Origin: Amphiscolops sp. MND2022
Taxonomy: Eukaryota
DNA length: 64,000 nt
Direction of reading: 5' to 3'
Assembly: GCA_964187785.1 (NCBI GenBank)
Contig: OZ076417.1
Coordinates: 24,304,001 to 24,368,000 of the forward strand
Of the stretch, positions 49,371 through 63,400 are shown in pieces (the stretch's first letter is position 1; each line of letters starts with the position of its first letter). Position numbers and translations under genes: made by a program. Below the pieces are notes generated by a model that saw only the letters and a list, made by a program, of their open reading frames with translations, was not told the DNA's origin and made no database searches.

Positions 49371-50923
49371 TATGCTGACATGAATGATGGAAAGCCAATG
49401 AGGGTAGTACTTCTAAATAAACCACCAACACAGCTGCAGTGCTCTTTCCTACGGAAGAACCACCCAGGAGAGATTGAATTTAGGTTTTAATGAATATATC
49501 AAATGATAGCTATATTAGAGTTTATCTTTGATTGGCTCATACAAGTTACTTCACAGAGATGAGATTAGCTAGGATTAGCTGGTTATACATTATTAAAGAA
49601 GTATCAATATTCACATCTTCCAATCGGCAATTTTGGAGTAATTTGTCACATTATTTGGCAACTACGTGATAACTGCTTCATGGAGTTTTTGTTAAGGGCC
49701 TCAAGGTCAACAGAAATCGATTTTATTTAATCATAGTTTTCACTTGTTCATTTTGTTGCTTGTACTAACCAAAACTCTTGAGTTCTTGACTGAGCGCATT
49801 GCAGCTGGATACCTTTTCAACGAAGACGTAGCAGTTTTTCTTTGATAGAAGTTTCAGATCCAGAGTGTTGTTGAGGTGAATGTCCAAGCCACAGAATTCA
49901 TCATCTTCGCAGTACACTGCTGATGCACCCTCTTTGATCTTCATCTGTTTGGATTGACTCAAGCATTGATCTAATGAAACTCCTCGCACGTGAACAGCCG
50001 AGATTTGCAAACTGTGTTCGGGAGTGACTCGTATCAAGCACGGGGAAACTAAGCCAACAGATTTAAAATGAACAACTTGAAAACATCTCGTGAAAAATGA
50101 GCTAAATTCAAATGTAGGGTTCAGGCTTTTTCTCGAACGGAAAACATTATTATGACGTAATTGGCCAACAAATGACTGCAATGTTTATCACAGTAACGAT
50201 GAGTTGTGATGACATTTTTCCTGGAGGTGTCGTTAAGATTCCAATTACGCGTTTGCATACAGTGATTAACCCTCAATAGCATAGCGGTACTTGAAAGGAA
50301 AAAATATTTCAACTTCTGATTCCAGACGACCATATTTGCCAGACGACCACTTTTGCCAGATGTCCATTTTCTTTAGCACAGTTTTTATTTAACAATTTTA
50401 TATATAACAATTCAACAATCAGACCGAGTTTGTAATGAACGGCACCAGCATTAGCAAAGACGAAGTTCTCTTCGACTCTGATGAAAATGGGTTTGTCTTG
50501 CGAAAAAAGGTTGAACTTTCCAGAAATTCCTTTTTTGCCGATATGCAATTTTCTCAAAAGTCCTGGACACATGAAGACAGGCAACCACAAATCCTTCTAC
50601 GGAAAGACCTTGTGCAACAAAACCAAATGATACGCTGTTGTTACTAGGAGCCCCCGCAGTGGGCCGCACGTACCCCAAAAGAACTCGAGGTGTGAGGAAA
50701 AGGGAGCGCGTCACTCAATCAAAAAGAAAGCTACTCTACTTGAAGACTTCTGGAATTGCTTGTTACTAGATTTAGCAAATCCTGCATCTGCTGATTTTTG
50801 ATTAAACAATTCAATCACAAATTTTTGCATTACAAAGAATGATGAACAGATTTTTGAATTTTAACTGAAAAGTTTATTCCGTTCAATCATTTTGATATAA
50901 CCCAGTCTAATTTGTTTTGACTT

Positions 50924-51572
50924 CCCAGGTTTTCAATCTTTGAGAACCTGTGCAGATCTGCAGGATTTTTGCAGAGCTTTACAGATATTTGCAGCTTCGA
51001 ACAATGACCAATAAATTACTATAACATATTCCAAGTTAACATCAATTACTAAAAATACTCCAACGAACTATGATACGGAAATATTACAACAACTTTATCA
51101 ACGCATCTACCAACCCAGAAGGTTGGCACATGTCAAATTTTATCTGTCAGAACGAAGTCAATATGGTAAACCAGCCTCTCAAAGTTGAAAAACCAGTTCT
51201 GGAATGTTAAAGTGAAATGGATAAATTACGGTGTATAACAGATACCGCACTTTCTCCAGTCACCAAAAATATCGTGATGGGGACAAATTTTCCTTCTCGA
51301 GAATGTTGAGTGATGGAGAATTTCAACTAACTGACCCTAGGTCAGCTAAAATACTTGATAAAGTAGTTGAAGAAGTCCAAAAATGCAGTATATTGGTTCC
51401 TTAGAAGCTGCAGAAAAACATATTTCTGCAAAAATCTTTAAGAAAATCTGCACACTTCTGTAAAGATCTTGCAGATCTGTATGGATCTTCAAGATTCAGT
51501 GCAACGATCTTTGCAGAACCCTGCAGAAAAATCCTGCAGATCTGCGCAGATTCGCAAGATCGAAAACCTGGG
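50924..51572. mobile_element. MITE-like element with about 50-bp imperfect TIRs rich in CTGCAG/AGATCT
   Basis: CCCAGGTTTTC.ATCTT...GCAGATCTGCAGGATTTT at the left end is the reverse complement of the right end. Confidence 0.65.
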
Positions 51573-54500
51573 TTGGTTGCTTCAGTGGACATCAATCAGT
51601 AATTGATCATTCTGTTAGCCTTCCCGAGCTATACTGATGTCACTAAGCGCATTTTAACGTTATTGAGCTGTGCCGGCTGGTAATCCTTTCCCTCGATCAA
51701 AGTTTACGCCGTCCTAAATTCGGTACTCAAGTTTTAAGGACTGTTATTTGACTAAGTGTGACCCAATAAGGCTCTTCTAAGTCTAACTCTCCACAATTTG
51801 AGAGTAACTCCCTTGAGCGACTTAAAGCATTTTGCGAAATGTCGAAAAGAGATGAAAGAGTGAATCGACAAATCAAGTGGTCGTAAGAAAAACTTAAATA
51901 TAGCTTCCCAAACGTCTTGTCCTAACTATTCATGGAACACATCTCGTTTACAAGTAAGTATTCAGTAAATATAACTCAAAATAGAAAACCTAATTGAACG
52001 CCATTTCAGTGTAATTAGTTATGTAAGTCTATCATTGAGTTAGTCTTGAATGTTGTTCAGGTGGTCCCATGATATGTTTACACAATATAAATATCAGCAA
52101 CTCAAAAATATGAAATTTCCATTAGCGCCACATGGGCTAATCGTTTTACAAGCATTTTTGTTGAATGACTTTGAATAGCAGACATGCGAGTGGAGGATGG
52201 AAGGATGAACTTGAAACTTAGCCGAGGTTTTTTTGTTGGGTGTTTGCATACGTGTGCGGTTTCGCGGGTTGTGTGTTCTCTTTTTTGTCTTCTGCTTTGC
52301 TTTTAGGTTACTGTCAAACTGCGAGGACCCACAAAATACGTGGCACGTGTTCATCATTTTCTGGTTAAAAATATTTGTGTTGTCACTTGTCTTGTTGACG
52401 TTACAAAGTTGCTACTGTCTCGACTTGTGACATGATCTTTCGGTTGTAAATGTAGTGGTTCTTGTGAATTGTTCATAAGTATAGCATTTAAGCAATCATT
52501 TGTATCTTCAACGCCCTGTATAATGCGGAGGAATCTGGTGATTTTTTGTAATTTTTTTCGTCTTTCGATGCAGAAGTTGAGGCTGGAAGTAATCAAAGTT
52601 CTCACCCTAATAACTTCGTCCTAAGAAAATAAAAAACCAGAGAATTCGGGAAACAGGAAAACACCGAAAATGCATGAAGTCTTCTTCGACAATGTGAACA
52701 TTTTTTGTTGTGAAACAACTTTAGATAGACTACTTGCCTTCATGTTTCACAAAGAGAGGCCCAGAAATTCGATTGGCAACTGAGTTTTGATCCGAAAAAA
52801 GTTCAATCGACTTGATCCGAATCCAAAATACAATTTATGATGATTTTAAGCGCTTCAGGTCCATTGAGAACACTGAAACTATTCATCAAACTTTTTTCTA
52901 CGTTTTGTATGCTCAAGCCGCCCAGGGGAAAACTTGATGTCCAATTCTCTGAATATGAACTTTTCTCAACTAAGTATTGGAAAGTCGAATTGAAAATTTG
53001 ATTGACCCCCATTACCATCTAACTGGCTCATTAAAAAACTCCATGTTTTTTCGTAGACACGGTCCAACGAAGCATTCGGTGCTTTTTCGACAGCCAAAAA
53101 ATTCTTTGTGATTTTCCGATTTCGTTTGTGGAAAAGCTTTCAGAAGTTTAAAAGTACAATTTCCTCCTCTGTGGACTTTTAGGGGAAAATTCTATTCAAG
53201 AAGTGTGTTATGCTTTTGGAATTCCATGATTGAGTTTCTTCAACATTTTTGGATCGAAAACTTTGAACGTTAGTTTCGAGCACTTTTCTGTTGAATGGCT
53301 CTGAAGATGCATTCAGTCTAGTTGGATGAAATCGTCAATTTTTTTCAGCACTCGAGTTCACATTTTACGATTCGAAGGAGTGCCGTGTTTTTATTAATTC
53401 TGATTTTTTTTCGTCTCCGTAACTGTATACAACAATGTCTGATAAATGATAAAATTGCTTAGTCTATTCGCTATAGACATTCCAACGGTAATACAGGAAA
53501 CCAAGCAAAAACAAGCAAGAATCAATTGAAATTCACTTACGGATAAGTTTCTGCTTGAAAAGTAGAGCTGAAACATAAGAATCAGAAATCATTATGTGAA
53601 AGTGTAGTGAGAAAGATGACACCAAAAAGTCAATCAAGGTTTTGGGGTATATCAGGTTGTTCTTGAAACGTTTCGGGGAGAAATGTAAAAAATTCAGCGT
53701 GGATGGTTTTCTCGGCTTTCAAATCCCATTTTTTGTCCCTGCTCTGATCTAATTTTTGGTCTAATTCTTGCCTTCATCTTTTAAATTTGCCTCAAAGTTG
53801 TCTTATTTAAGATTTGAAGATCAAAATTTAGCATGTTGTTCACAAAATATTAGTTGCAGATTATTCACTTGGCTTCCAAACTCAATTCTGTTCTACGATT
53901 TTTTCGGATCAAATGTCATTTGAGTGTTCATGCATTTTCATGCCAAAACCTATACGAGTTTTATACGACTCGACACATATATCCAAGACTTTTTATGCTG
54001 TTGAGCTAAGATGGGATTTCATGCATAAGAAAAGAGTGATAGTATATTGCGTATGAAATCTCAAATTACTCATGCAATCCGTGCACTGTGAAAACTGCCT
54101 AACCTTTTTAGGAATAATGCGCCATAATTTCATTGTGCCATAACAACGTGAAAGGAAATTATGCCAGAAATTTTGTAAGAAAATATCTGAGGTAGAATTC
54201 TCCTACTGTAAATTTGCATCCAGTTTACTCCATCAGCAGCGTTTTCAAAAACATTGTGAAAACTTGCATAACGCTGCTAACTGACTCTTGAAACGACTCT
54301 CATCTTAACAGGTAATATTCACATTAACGTAACCTAGACGTATGACGTCTATACCTCGTTTGCTGTTTTGACCAAGGAGATGTAAACGTCGCTATAGTAG
54401 CTACAGTAGTGATATTTCTAGAAGCAACAAAGGGCAAATCTCAAAATCGAATATCTCTAAAACAGCAGCGATTTTTGAAAAATGATAAAAGTGAAAGTTT

Positions 54501-55742
54501 CTTCCATTTATATCTAGTTTACAAATATGTTTATTTGATGATTATGCAATGAAAATTGTACAAGTTACGATAGGCCATTTTTAGCCAAATTTAGGTCAAA
54601 ATTGAGGTTTTTCTCACTTTTGGTCTACTTTTGCTCAAAATTTTGCTCAAATTGAAATATTTTTTTGGTCAATTGACCCCCGTGATTTAACTGAAGCCCC
54701 TGATAAGTTTTGATTCAGAAATCATCTTAAAATCGTAGAAAAAATGCGCTGGAAAATAGGACTTTTTCGAAAATACATGTTATAAGATATGATTTTGAAG
54801 TTCAACAACATAAAACAAGCCCATACTAATGCAATTTAAAATATTTTCAAGAAACAAATATATTGTCAGATTCGAAATGTTCGGGAGAATTTTTCTGTCG
54901 AAATTATTTTGAGATCAAAAAATTGTAAGTGGGTCAAAAATTCAAAAAACTAAAAAATGATGTTTTGGAAATTGCTCTCGACCAATGAAATGAGCGCGTG
55001 AGACCTTGATTAGCCAATGATATTTGTTTGTTTGCTTTCTTTCCGCGTGCTATGTTGCTTCTTCTAGAATCACTACTGTATTTTGGTTTGAAATAATCTC
55101 GCACGGAAGACAAACCTCTCTTGAACTGAGGTTGTTCTTCGATAGACGTAACACTGTAGCTCTGATAATTGTCTTCTTTCAATCACTTCATTTTCGTCAA
55201 TATCTCCAAGAATTTATTACCAAGAAACGAACAATTTATAGCAATTTCGCTGCTAGGTTTTAGGCATAATTCTTGATTGGTACTAGAAATGTCAACTACA
55301 TTATCAAAATTTCTCCAGCCGAAACTCGTCCAGCAACAATTGATATTTCACTTGAAAAATATACTGGATAAGTAACATCAGTTATTCAGGCAGCACAAAA
55401 TCCGGACGCTCTTTTCAATCGAAGTTGTTTTGGCGAGTTACCGAAATTGCCTTTCTGACATTGTTCCAATCACTTCCTGTTAAAATGAATTTTGAAAAAC
55501 TGTAAATTCAAGCTATCAAAAAAGAAGCAATAACATTCATTCAGGATCATTCCATGTTATTCAAAACAAACTGGATAATGATTAGAAAGGCGGCATCTGG
55601 AATATTCAAACATCAAGATAATTTATTGTTCCAAAAAAGTTATTAAAGCGCTTTTATCATCACTAATTCAGGCAATACAAAATATGACGCTCTTTTCAAC
55701 CGAAGTTGTCTTGGCGAGTTATTGAAATTGTCTCTCTGATTT

Positions 55743-56300
55743 TGTCGTAACCTTTGTCACTCTCTTGGGAGTGTATTGAAATCTCTCTAGCTGTGCAACT
55801 CTGATTACTAAGCGCAAAACCTGTTCCGGCACGAGTTTGCCGTATATTCCAAATATTCCCGGCTTCGGGGTTCCTGTGTAACCCACTGGACCGATGGTCC
55901 CGTGAGGCGTATTTCCCTCTCTCCTACACACAAAGTGTATTTTGAATAGAAAGGAGGACCTTTTCAGTAATTGCAGAATTTATTGCTTCAAGTACCTCAG
56001 AAGTTAGGTACGCTTTGATCTCAATCAGCTTTCTTGTAACTCGGCTAGCAACCTCATCATTGTGCATTCTAGCGGTCTCAACGGCTATTTCACTGTTTTC
56101 TTTTCGCTTCGTTTTATCAATGATCTAAAATCCTCACTATTTGGGTTTGCATTTTGATGCAACCCATCGGACTCAAGGTTTACTTCTATTTCACCTTCAT
56201 CTTGGCAAAACTCTAAGTCAATTCCTGAGTAACCCTCCAGCATTTTATCCGTATTTTACCGTCTAACTGTCAAGGGCGTTTTTCCTTTGCCTTTTGCTTT
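55743..56300 (-). pseudogene. Degenerate gag-N-terminus-like ORF ending at a putative LTR terminus (…GGTTACGACA)
   Basis: Broken frames give NANPNSEDFRSL...SEIAVETARMHNDEVASRVTRKLIEIKAYLTSEVLEAINSAITEKVLLSIQNTL...RSSGLHRNPE; the helical segment stops at CA at 55743. Confidence 0.42.
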
Positions 56301-58671
56301 CTAGTGAAAGACTCTTGAAGAAGTGTTTGCTCTTCAAAAAGTCTAGTATTGAACAGAATGAAATTAAAACGTACATTGTATTAATTTCAATTAGCATCAA
56401 ACACTAAGGAAAGCAGCGTTTGTAATTCAGATTTGGTTATTCAGAACTGGTCAATTGTTCTCCCCTATACGAAGTAGATGAAACATGACCAGACAAACTA
56501 TGCCCGACAGGCTTCTAAAACTAGCACTTGGGATTTTTTGAAAATACTCCTCAGACGTGACGGCAACATTACATCTCCCTAGTGTTTAGACAGAAATAGC
56601 ATCAAAGGAGCAGTCAAGGGGGAAGAGGCGGTATCCTCATAGGTCTAGGAGTCGCATTGTAAGATAAATTATTAGCTCAGCCAATAACAACACTACATGA
56701 TGTTTTGAAAGAAAGTAAACACTATGTGCGCTATGTATGCCGTGACGGACGTTGACTCTGACTGGCAAAGAAAGTATATGATAGCTGCGTCGAATTGGCT
56801 GATTAGGTTAGAACAGCGCAGAATTTAATCCTTTAGTGGAGACCATTTGAACGCGTTACCTCACCCCTTACAATTGTATGTCAATCCTTCAATATCAATT
56901 TTTATTGCAATTACGTTCAGTATTTATTCTACTAGTAACACTCCTTCATTAGTTCAGCAAGAGATTTTGTTCCAATCAATTCTATCAAAAATGAATTTTG
57001 CAGAACTGCAATCATCCGAAGTTTTCGAAGAAAACGGAGAAACAAATAATTCAGGCATTACGATACATACCCCGCAAAAGTGGAAAACTATCACTTGGTG
57101 TATAAAATATATTGGATAAAATAGTCATATAGTGTAAAAGTGTCAAAGATCATCGTAATCCTTTAATGTGGTAATGCAGCAAGGTGCAATATGAACGCGA
57201 TGAATTCTAGTCAAATCGCCTAATTAGTGAATGGTGTAAAAGAGTCAAAATTATTAATCTGGATTTTCACTGATTGCGTAATGTGTAAGTTTGTCAAAGT
57301 TTGATTAAATTTAATTTTTTTGAATATTCGTTTTGAAAACTACCGAAAAACGTTACTTGGTCAAAGTTTGCTCATGACAGTAGGCGAAATTTTCAAACAT
57401 TTACTTTATGGTTTGAATTTTTGTGACTCAATTCGAATCACTTAGAAATCAATACTGATCATCACTCATTGCTGATATTTTTTACATTAACTGAAATAAT
57501 AACGCCTTGCAGTGAAAATGAAGCATTACAATCTTCACAAAATTGTTGATAAAACAATCCTTAAAATAGTTAAACCAATAACCAACAAAACTCGGAAAAT
57601 AGTCACGTTTATTATGTGCTATATCATTTGACTAATTTACACCACGTATTAATTAAGACAGCGTAATTCACTCAAAATGTGCAGTGGAAACTCGCGTATT
57701 TTAGTAAAAGTCCGTAGAACTGCATATGTGCGTAATGCGGTCAATTAGTGTAGTTTTTGCTCTTGAAAATTGTGTGAACCAGTTTATTAGTGAGTTCTAG
57801 TCATTCAGTGTATCTAATTATCACTTGGTGTAATATGAGAAAAAGTGTACAACTGTATTTATCATAATGACTCGCTGTGACTGGTTATTATTGCAAGTCG
57901 CAAGATCTGGGAATATGCTTGTCTCGTAATGGGATCAATTCATGTTATTCAAAAGAAGCTGGAAAACATATTAGAAAGGAGTCGTCTGGTGTGATCCTCC
58001 CTTGTGGTTTTCAATTATAAGTACCGTTTCTCCTAGTTAAAGAACTTTCTGAAGTACTGGCTTTGCAGGATGTTCTAATTTTTTTTTATTCTGAGGACCT
58101 TAGCGGAAACTCTCCATATTGTAGAACTGTATTTTAATTGTCTGATGCTTGAAATCCTATAAAATGCTCAATTCTGGATTCTGAAGGTCTTTCACTTCCG
58201 TTTCAATTGTCTCATGTTGCTTCTAATTCTATGTCCGCTCAAACGAAAAACAGTTTTGACGCAATGAAGATTTGAATTATAGAATGATCAATATTTCAAC
58301 AAGTCTGGGAATGGAGAGATACAAATGTGTTATCATTAATTACATTACAAATGCAGTTGATTGGGAAGAGCATCTGTTTAGTTTGACAATTTTCAAGAAC
58401 TGAAATCTATTTCTGAAGCACCTTTTCTACTTTTTCCTATGATGACGTTCAAGTTTCTATGGCAACATGCAGATATAAATAGAACTACGTCACTTGATAT
58501 CATTCTAACCATTGATTATAAATATACAACTACATGACAGCAAAAAACAGTATCTTTCATGTAAAAACATGGAACGTCAAGGAAAATGCATTATAACGTA
58601 TAGAAACCATCCCTAAATAGGTATATGACGTCTTATTTTTATGTTTAGCAACGTTGATCATAATATGAAAA

Positions 58672-58880
58672 AAACGCATAGTGACGCCAAGTCGTAGTCC
58701 TTCAAACCGCATGATGACGAATAGTCGTTACACTGGCAAGCATATAGTGACGCATAGCGTCACACTGAAAAGCGTATAGTAACGCACTGTCGTCACACTG
58801 AAAAACGTATAATATATCTTCTATCACCATAAAAACGTACATCGACATCTTTCTTCATCATAAAAGATGCACTGTGATAC
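58672..58880. repeat. Degenerate about 33-bp tandem array with GTGACGC-ATA-GCGTCAC hairpin
   Basis: Perfect hairpin at 58747-58763; related units at about 58675, 58709, 58773, 58806 and 58836. Confidence 0.55.
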
Positions 58881-60098
58881 AGAAGACATTAAGAACTTAG
58901 ACAACACAAATTTGTTCAAATTATTCACATGAACAGATAGTATAAATCATTATGACTTCCATTTATGGATGAACCCTAGCAGAGTTGGAATATTAGGCGT
59001 ATAACTATGTTTATTTAGCTCAACATATTGATAGATAGAACCGTATAGATTTCAACAAAAACAAACTACATGACTAGAACAAAAGTATAACAACAGTTTA
59101 CTGTCTTTGTTGGCCATGTTTTGTTGACAATCTCTGGCAGTTTCTAGTTTTCTTAAAAAATTCCCGCATGGCACCAGCATAACAGTGGGATTATGACAAA
59201 TGCAAAAGTCAACAATTATCAAGTTTTTTCATTGTTGGAGTCAGTAATTTAGTAGTTTTCAAAAAAGACTGGGGGAAAACGAATGAGAGCCCTTTAAAGG
59301 TTTACTCTGTTTTGTTTGTTTGCCTTGACCAAGTTGTCCATTGCATGTTTCATATGTGGAACTCTGATTCATTCAGTCAATTGATTTTTTCATTCTGTTT
59401 CATTGGTAAAGTCAATCGCAAAATCACCATTTTGGTGTGACTGGACATGAATGATTCCTTCATCAACGTTACTAGAATGTCATTTGTACTTTTTCGCACC
59501 CGAATGTTCGCTGGAATTATTCAACTAGCGTTTTTCTGCTGAAAATCGGGGTTATGTCGAACTTAAACCGTTTTGTCTTTGTTAACATCGGAATACAAAT
59601 CTACAAGGAAATTATAAATCGTATTACCTTTTCCGAACTTCGTTAAAGTTGCTTGTAAACCCAAGCATTGAATCATACTCATTCATACAATTCCATGCAT
59701 GAACTTTTGCAATCGTTCCACCCTACTAAATTTCTCTCCGTGGATCTGCAATTGCTTAAGGTTTAAGGTTGCTTAAAGAAAGGTTTTTCGCATTAAGGTT
59801 TCCCAATCTAAAGACCCTTTTGATTAGGTTTTTGAGCTGCAGGCTTCGAAATTGTTAGGTTGTTCTTTGTTATGGAGTCTCTTTGAAATCCCACCTATTG
59901 ATGCTCCCACCACGTTTTCACTCTGAGTTTTTTCTTGAGCATATACTGTCATGTAATAATTGACTTCTTAAGGTGGCGCAAAAAGGTGGCGGTCATACCA
60001 TGAAACCATCGATGTGGTTCCAATGGACCATCGATGACACGTGCATGGAGTGCCCTGTGATCCCAACTCGGGTAATCAACATTGATGAAAGAACTAAC

Positions 60099-60456
60099 GT
60101 TCTGCCTTGAAAACTGCACCATCTGTACTTGGTGCTACACCTGTAGGATCTCTGAAACCAGGCGTAGCCTCTAAACAGTCGCATTGTTCTTTTGGAGCGT
60201 TGTATTTGACCAAATTCGCTTTGCCTTTCGTGATGCGCTCACATTGATGGGAGCAGAGAACTTTCTCTGTGTTGAAAATAGTTGTGATGTTTTTTACGAA
60301 CACAATATTGTTGACTGTCACGTCTTTGTAAACTTTGTGAACCAACGCAAGGGTCAAACATTGGCCAGAGAAAATTTCAGAAGCCAGAAAAAGCAATACC
60401 AAGCTAGTCAAGATGCTCCTTGTGATTGTCAGGTTACTTAGAAGTGTTTCGGCCAT
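60099..60456 (-). CDS. Probable first exon of a secreted protein with signal peptide and PAN/apple-like Cys module
   Basis: MAETLL...SILTSLVLLFLASEIFSGQC (hydrophobic leader), then VLCSHQCERIT...LVKYNAPKEQCDC; donor |GTTAGT at 60098. Confidence 0.52.
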
Positions 60457-63400
60457 TGTAGTCTTCTTGATCAAGCACTCCACTTTCGGAGTTTCTCCTG
60501 TAATTTCCAAAGCCCTAAATGTTTCGATAATTTCGTTCAAGCACTCTGAGCAGAATTGAATTGAAGTCTTCTCTCACAGCTCAGTCTTTTTCAGCACAGT
60601 CTTTTTTGTCACGTCAGAAAAATCCCTTGGCAAATGTGAGCCCCACAATTTTTCCGAAGCCTTGGAAGTTTTGTTTCTGAAATTCGGATTGAAAAAAATG
60701 GTGAATTATTGATTATTTAAAGGCACGAGTTTATCTTCAAACGCAGTAAAACAAACATCTGAAACTTTAAAGAATGCTAATCGATATTTTGGATCAATCT
60801 TTGGAGTAAAATTTCTTTGAAGTAGATTTATGTCAATAAACAAACTCTGGCAGATCTGAGCTTGACAACTTTTCCAATGCCTTGGAATATTTTCTGCTTG
60901 TATTTAAGTTGAAAAATAATGATTGTTTAAGGCTCCAACAAACTTTGATTGCTCCATGTGGAAAAAGTTCTTTACCAATGAAATATTTATGACTGCTAAT
61001 CGATTTTCTCCAGGAATTTTACTACTAGTAGAGCTGACGCTTTTTGTTTCTATTTCGAGTTAGTTTCTTTAGCATCCAAGAATTGTTTTGTTCAACAAAT
61101 CTAGAATCCAATCTTTAAAAAAACAATTCTCACCCGCGAAATCAAAGAAAAAAGTATCGTTTCGGAAGCGGTCTTTTTGTAGAATTACATTGGAGAGTGA
61201 GGTTTAGATAACATTTCTATGATGTCTCACAACGATTCACGCCCCTGTTTTTTGATATACAAAAATTTTTTAAGATCAAATTTAATTGGATATGAAATAC
61301 TTTAGTTACCATGGTCCGTTTCTTGACACCTATCGAGCTTTAAAAAAGATTGAGGTTACGGTACTACCTTTGAAGAGATTCGTCTTTTTGTCTTCCGCAG
61401 AACAACATAACAGGTGTGCATTAACCATTCAGTCGCCTTGTTTTGTTTAATCACAGCTAAGTTACTCATAGCGTGAGGTTGTTAATTGTTTTCGTTCTCC
61501 GCGTCAAAAGCATGACAATACACGGAGAAATTCAGAAGACCAAAATTTCATGTTTCTCCTAGTTTTTGAGCGCCTAAATACTCAGCAATTCATCATTGGA
61601 GCATTGTGTCAGAGGGGCATCTCAAGTGTATCGGATGATTTCAAATCAGGAAAAAAATTCAACGTGCGCGATGGTTGAGAAGAAAACTGAATCTTGTATT
61701 AAACTGGCAGAACTTTTCAGAAGAAGTTTAACGACAATGCATCACAACAGCAAAATTCTTGCAACAATTATGTGTTCTTGCAAGTTTCTTGCAAGGTTGA
61801 TCCTTACGACGCCAATCAGGGAAGTTTTGATTTTTTGACCAAAGTTTGTTTTCGCACCTTCCAAACTGTGTTTCCAAGAGTTCACAAAAGTTGTCCACTT
61901 CTTAGAAATTGCAAGTGCCTCCAAAATTAATGAAGGTAAATTTAGCAGTGAAAAAATGAGATTTTCAAAACAATGAGGAAAATTATTAATGATATTAAAT
62001 TAATGATATTCTATGCTACACATGGAACAAGACAGTTGAACAGCCCACGCAAGACGGTTGAAGAATCCATATAACTTCAGGAATCCAGAGAAACAAGTAA
62101 AGTGCCTTTTGCAATTTTTTACAGGTTACGCAGGTATTAGTGCAAGAATCCAGGAAAGTAATTCACTCCACTTCTCAATTCTTGAAAACACATGTATTAT
62201 AATAAAAATGAAGCATCCACATAAGACTACAAGAGATTTGTTGCGGTCACTGCTATTTTCCGATTGCCGTCGTAATGATACACTCTTGAAAAGATCGAAT
62301 ATCAGAAATACGCGCGGTTTTGGTTAAATTGTTCCTAAAATGCTCGTTGGATAAGTGGAACGAAAAGACTTTGATCCTAAATGAGTTCCAAAAATTTCTG
62401 AAACACATAATTGTCATAAGGTACTGGAATGATCTTTCCGAATTGCCATCGTTGGAACGTTGTTTATTGCATGCTCGTTTCTCATGAGAACTTCCTAGTT
62501 CTTTTTGGTCTAAAGTCGATTTTTCTGTCGGACGCTATTTCACAAAGATTGATACATCTTACAGAATCCCTGCTCTATAATTTACAATGAAAGTAACAAT
62601 GCCAAAGCTAGTGTAGAAATTAAACTATAAATCCATTTATGACCAATTACAAACTCTGTCAATACTCAGTGATCGCTTTGCCGGGAGTCAATACAAACTG
62701 CATCGCAAAAGTACGATGTCGCAAACTGCCCCTACAATATGAATGTAGACATTTCTTCAAGAAGGGTGATAGTGCGGCCCCAAGAATCTTCCCGATAAGA
62801 TTTATTGCGAGTCTATTTGACCACAACTATCACAATGAACTTTTTTGGCACTCCTTAAAACTGAGATTGTATGTGTTTATAACAATTACGCCTCACATAC
62901 ATTTCTTTATTGCATAAACTAATATATTTGATGCGATTAACCAGAGGTACATTGAAATTGACAAAACCAAAGTAACGCAACTGTGCTGAAGACAAAGCGT
63001 TCAAATGAGTTACAAACTTGGCAGTGTTATCTCATTTGAAGTGTTGCTAAATTTCATTTTAACCAATCATAATGCTCATTTGCTACTGGAGTCAAATGGA
63101 CTTTAGGTCCATTCTCTTCATCCCAACTACCGTTACTCTACCACGTAAACAACAATGTAACCTGTAGCTGTCAAGTTTATACACATATTTTGTCAAATCC
63201 ACATTATGCTTCCATTTAAAGGCGTGACGCCGACCAATTGCCCCACATTTTGGGTGACATAGTTTTACTATTCTTTGAACTCGCCACAGAACATGACGTA
63301 ATGATGACATCTTACTTTTTTATATACATTATACTCATTCGTTGTTGTGTCATGTCCATGAGGGTGTTTATACTCCGACGCTTCGTCCGAATGATCAATC

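Noticed and set aside
49765-50714. Cluster of 70-138-aa minus-strand ORFs (also 52.8-53.0 kb and 60.6-61.3 kb) as a viral/Polinton relic
   Set aside because: No diagnostic motif recognisable without a database search.
55743-56429. Solo LTR defined by a GATTT TSD
   Set aside because: Leaves no room for U3/promoter and the termini are not inverted; the 5-bp match is likely chance in AT-rich DNA.
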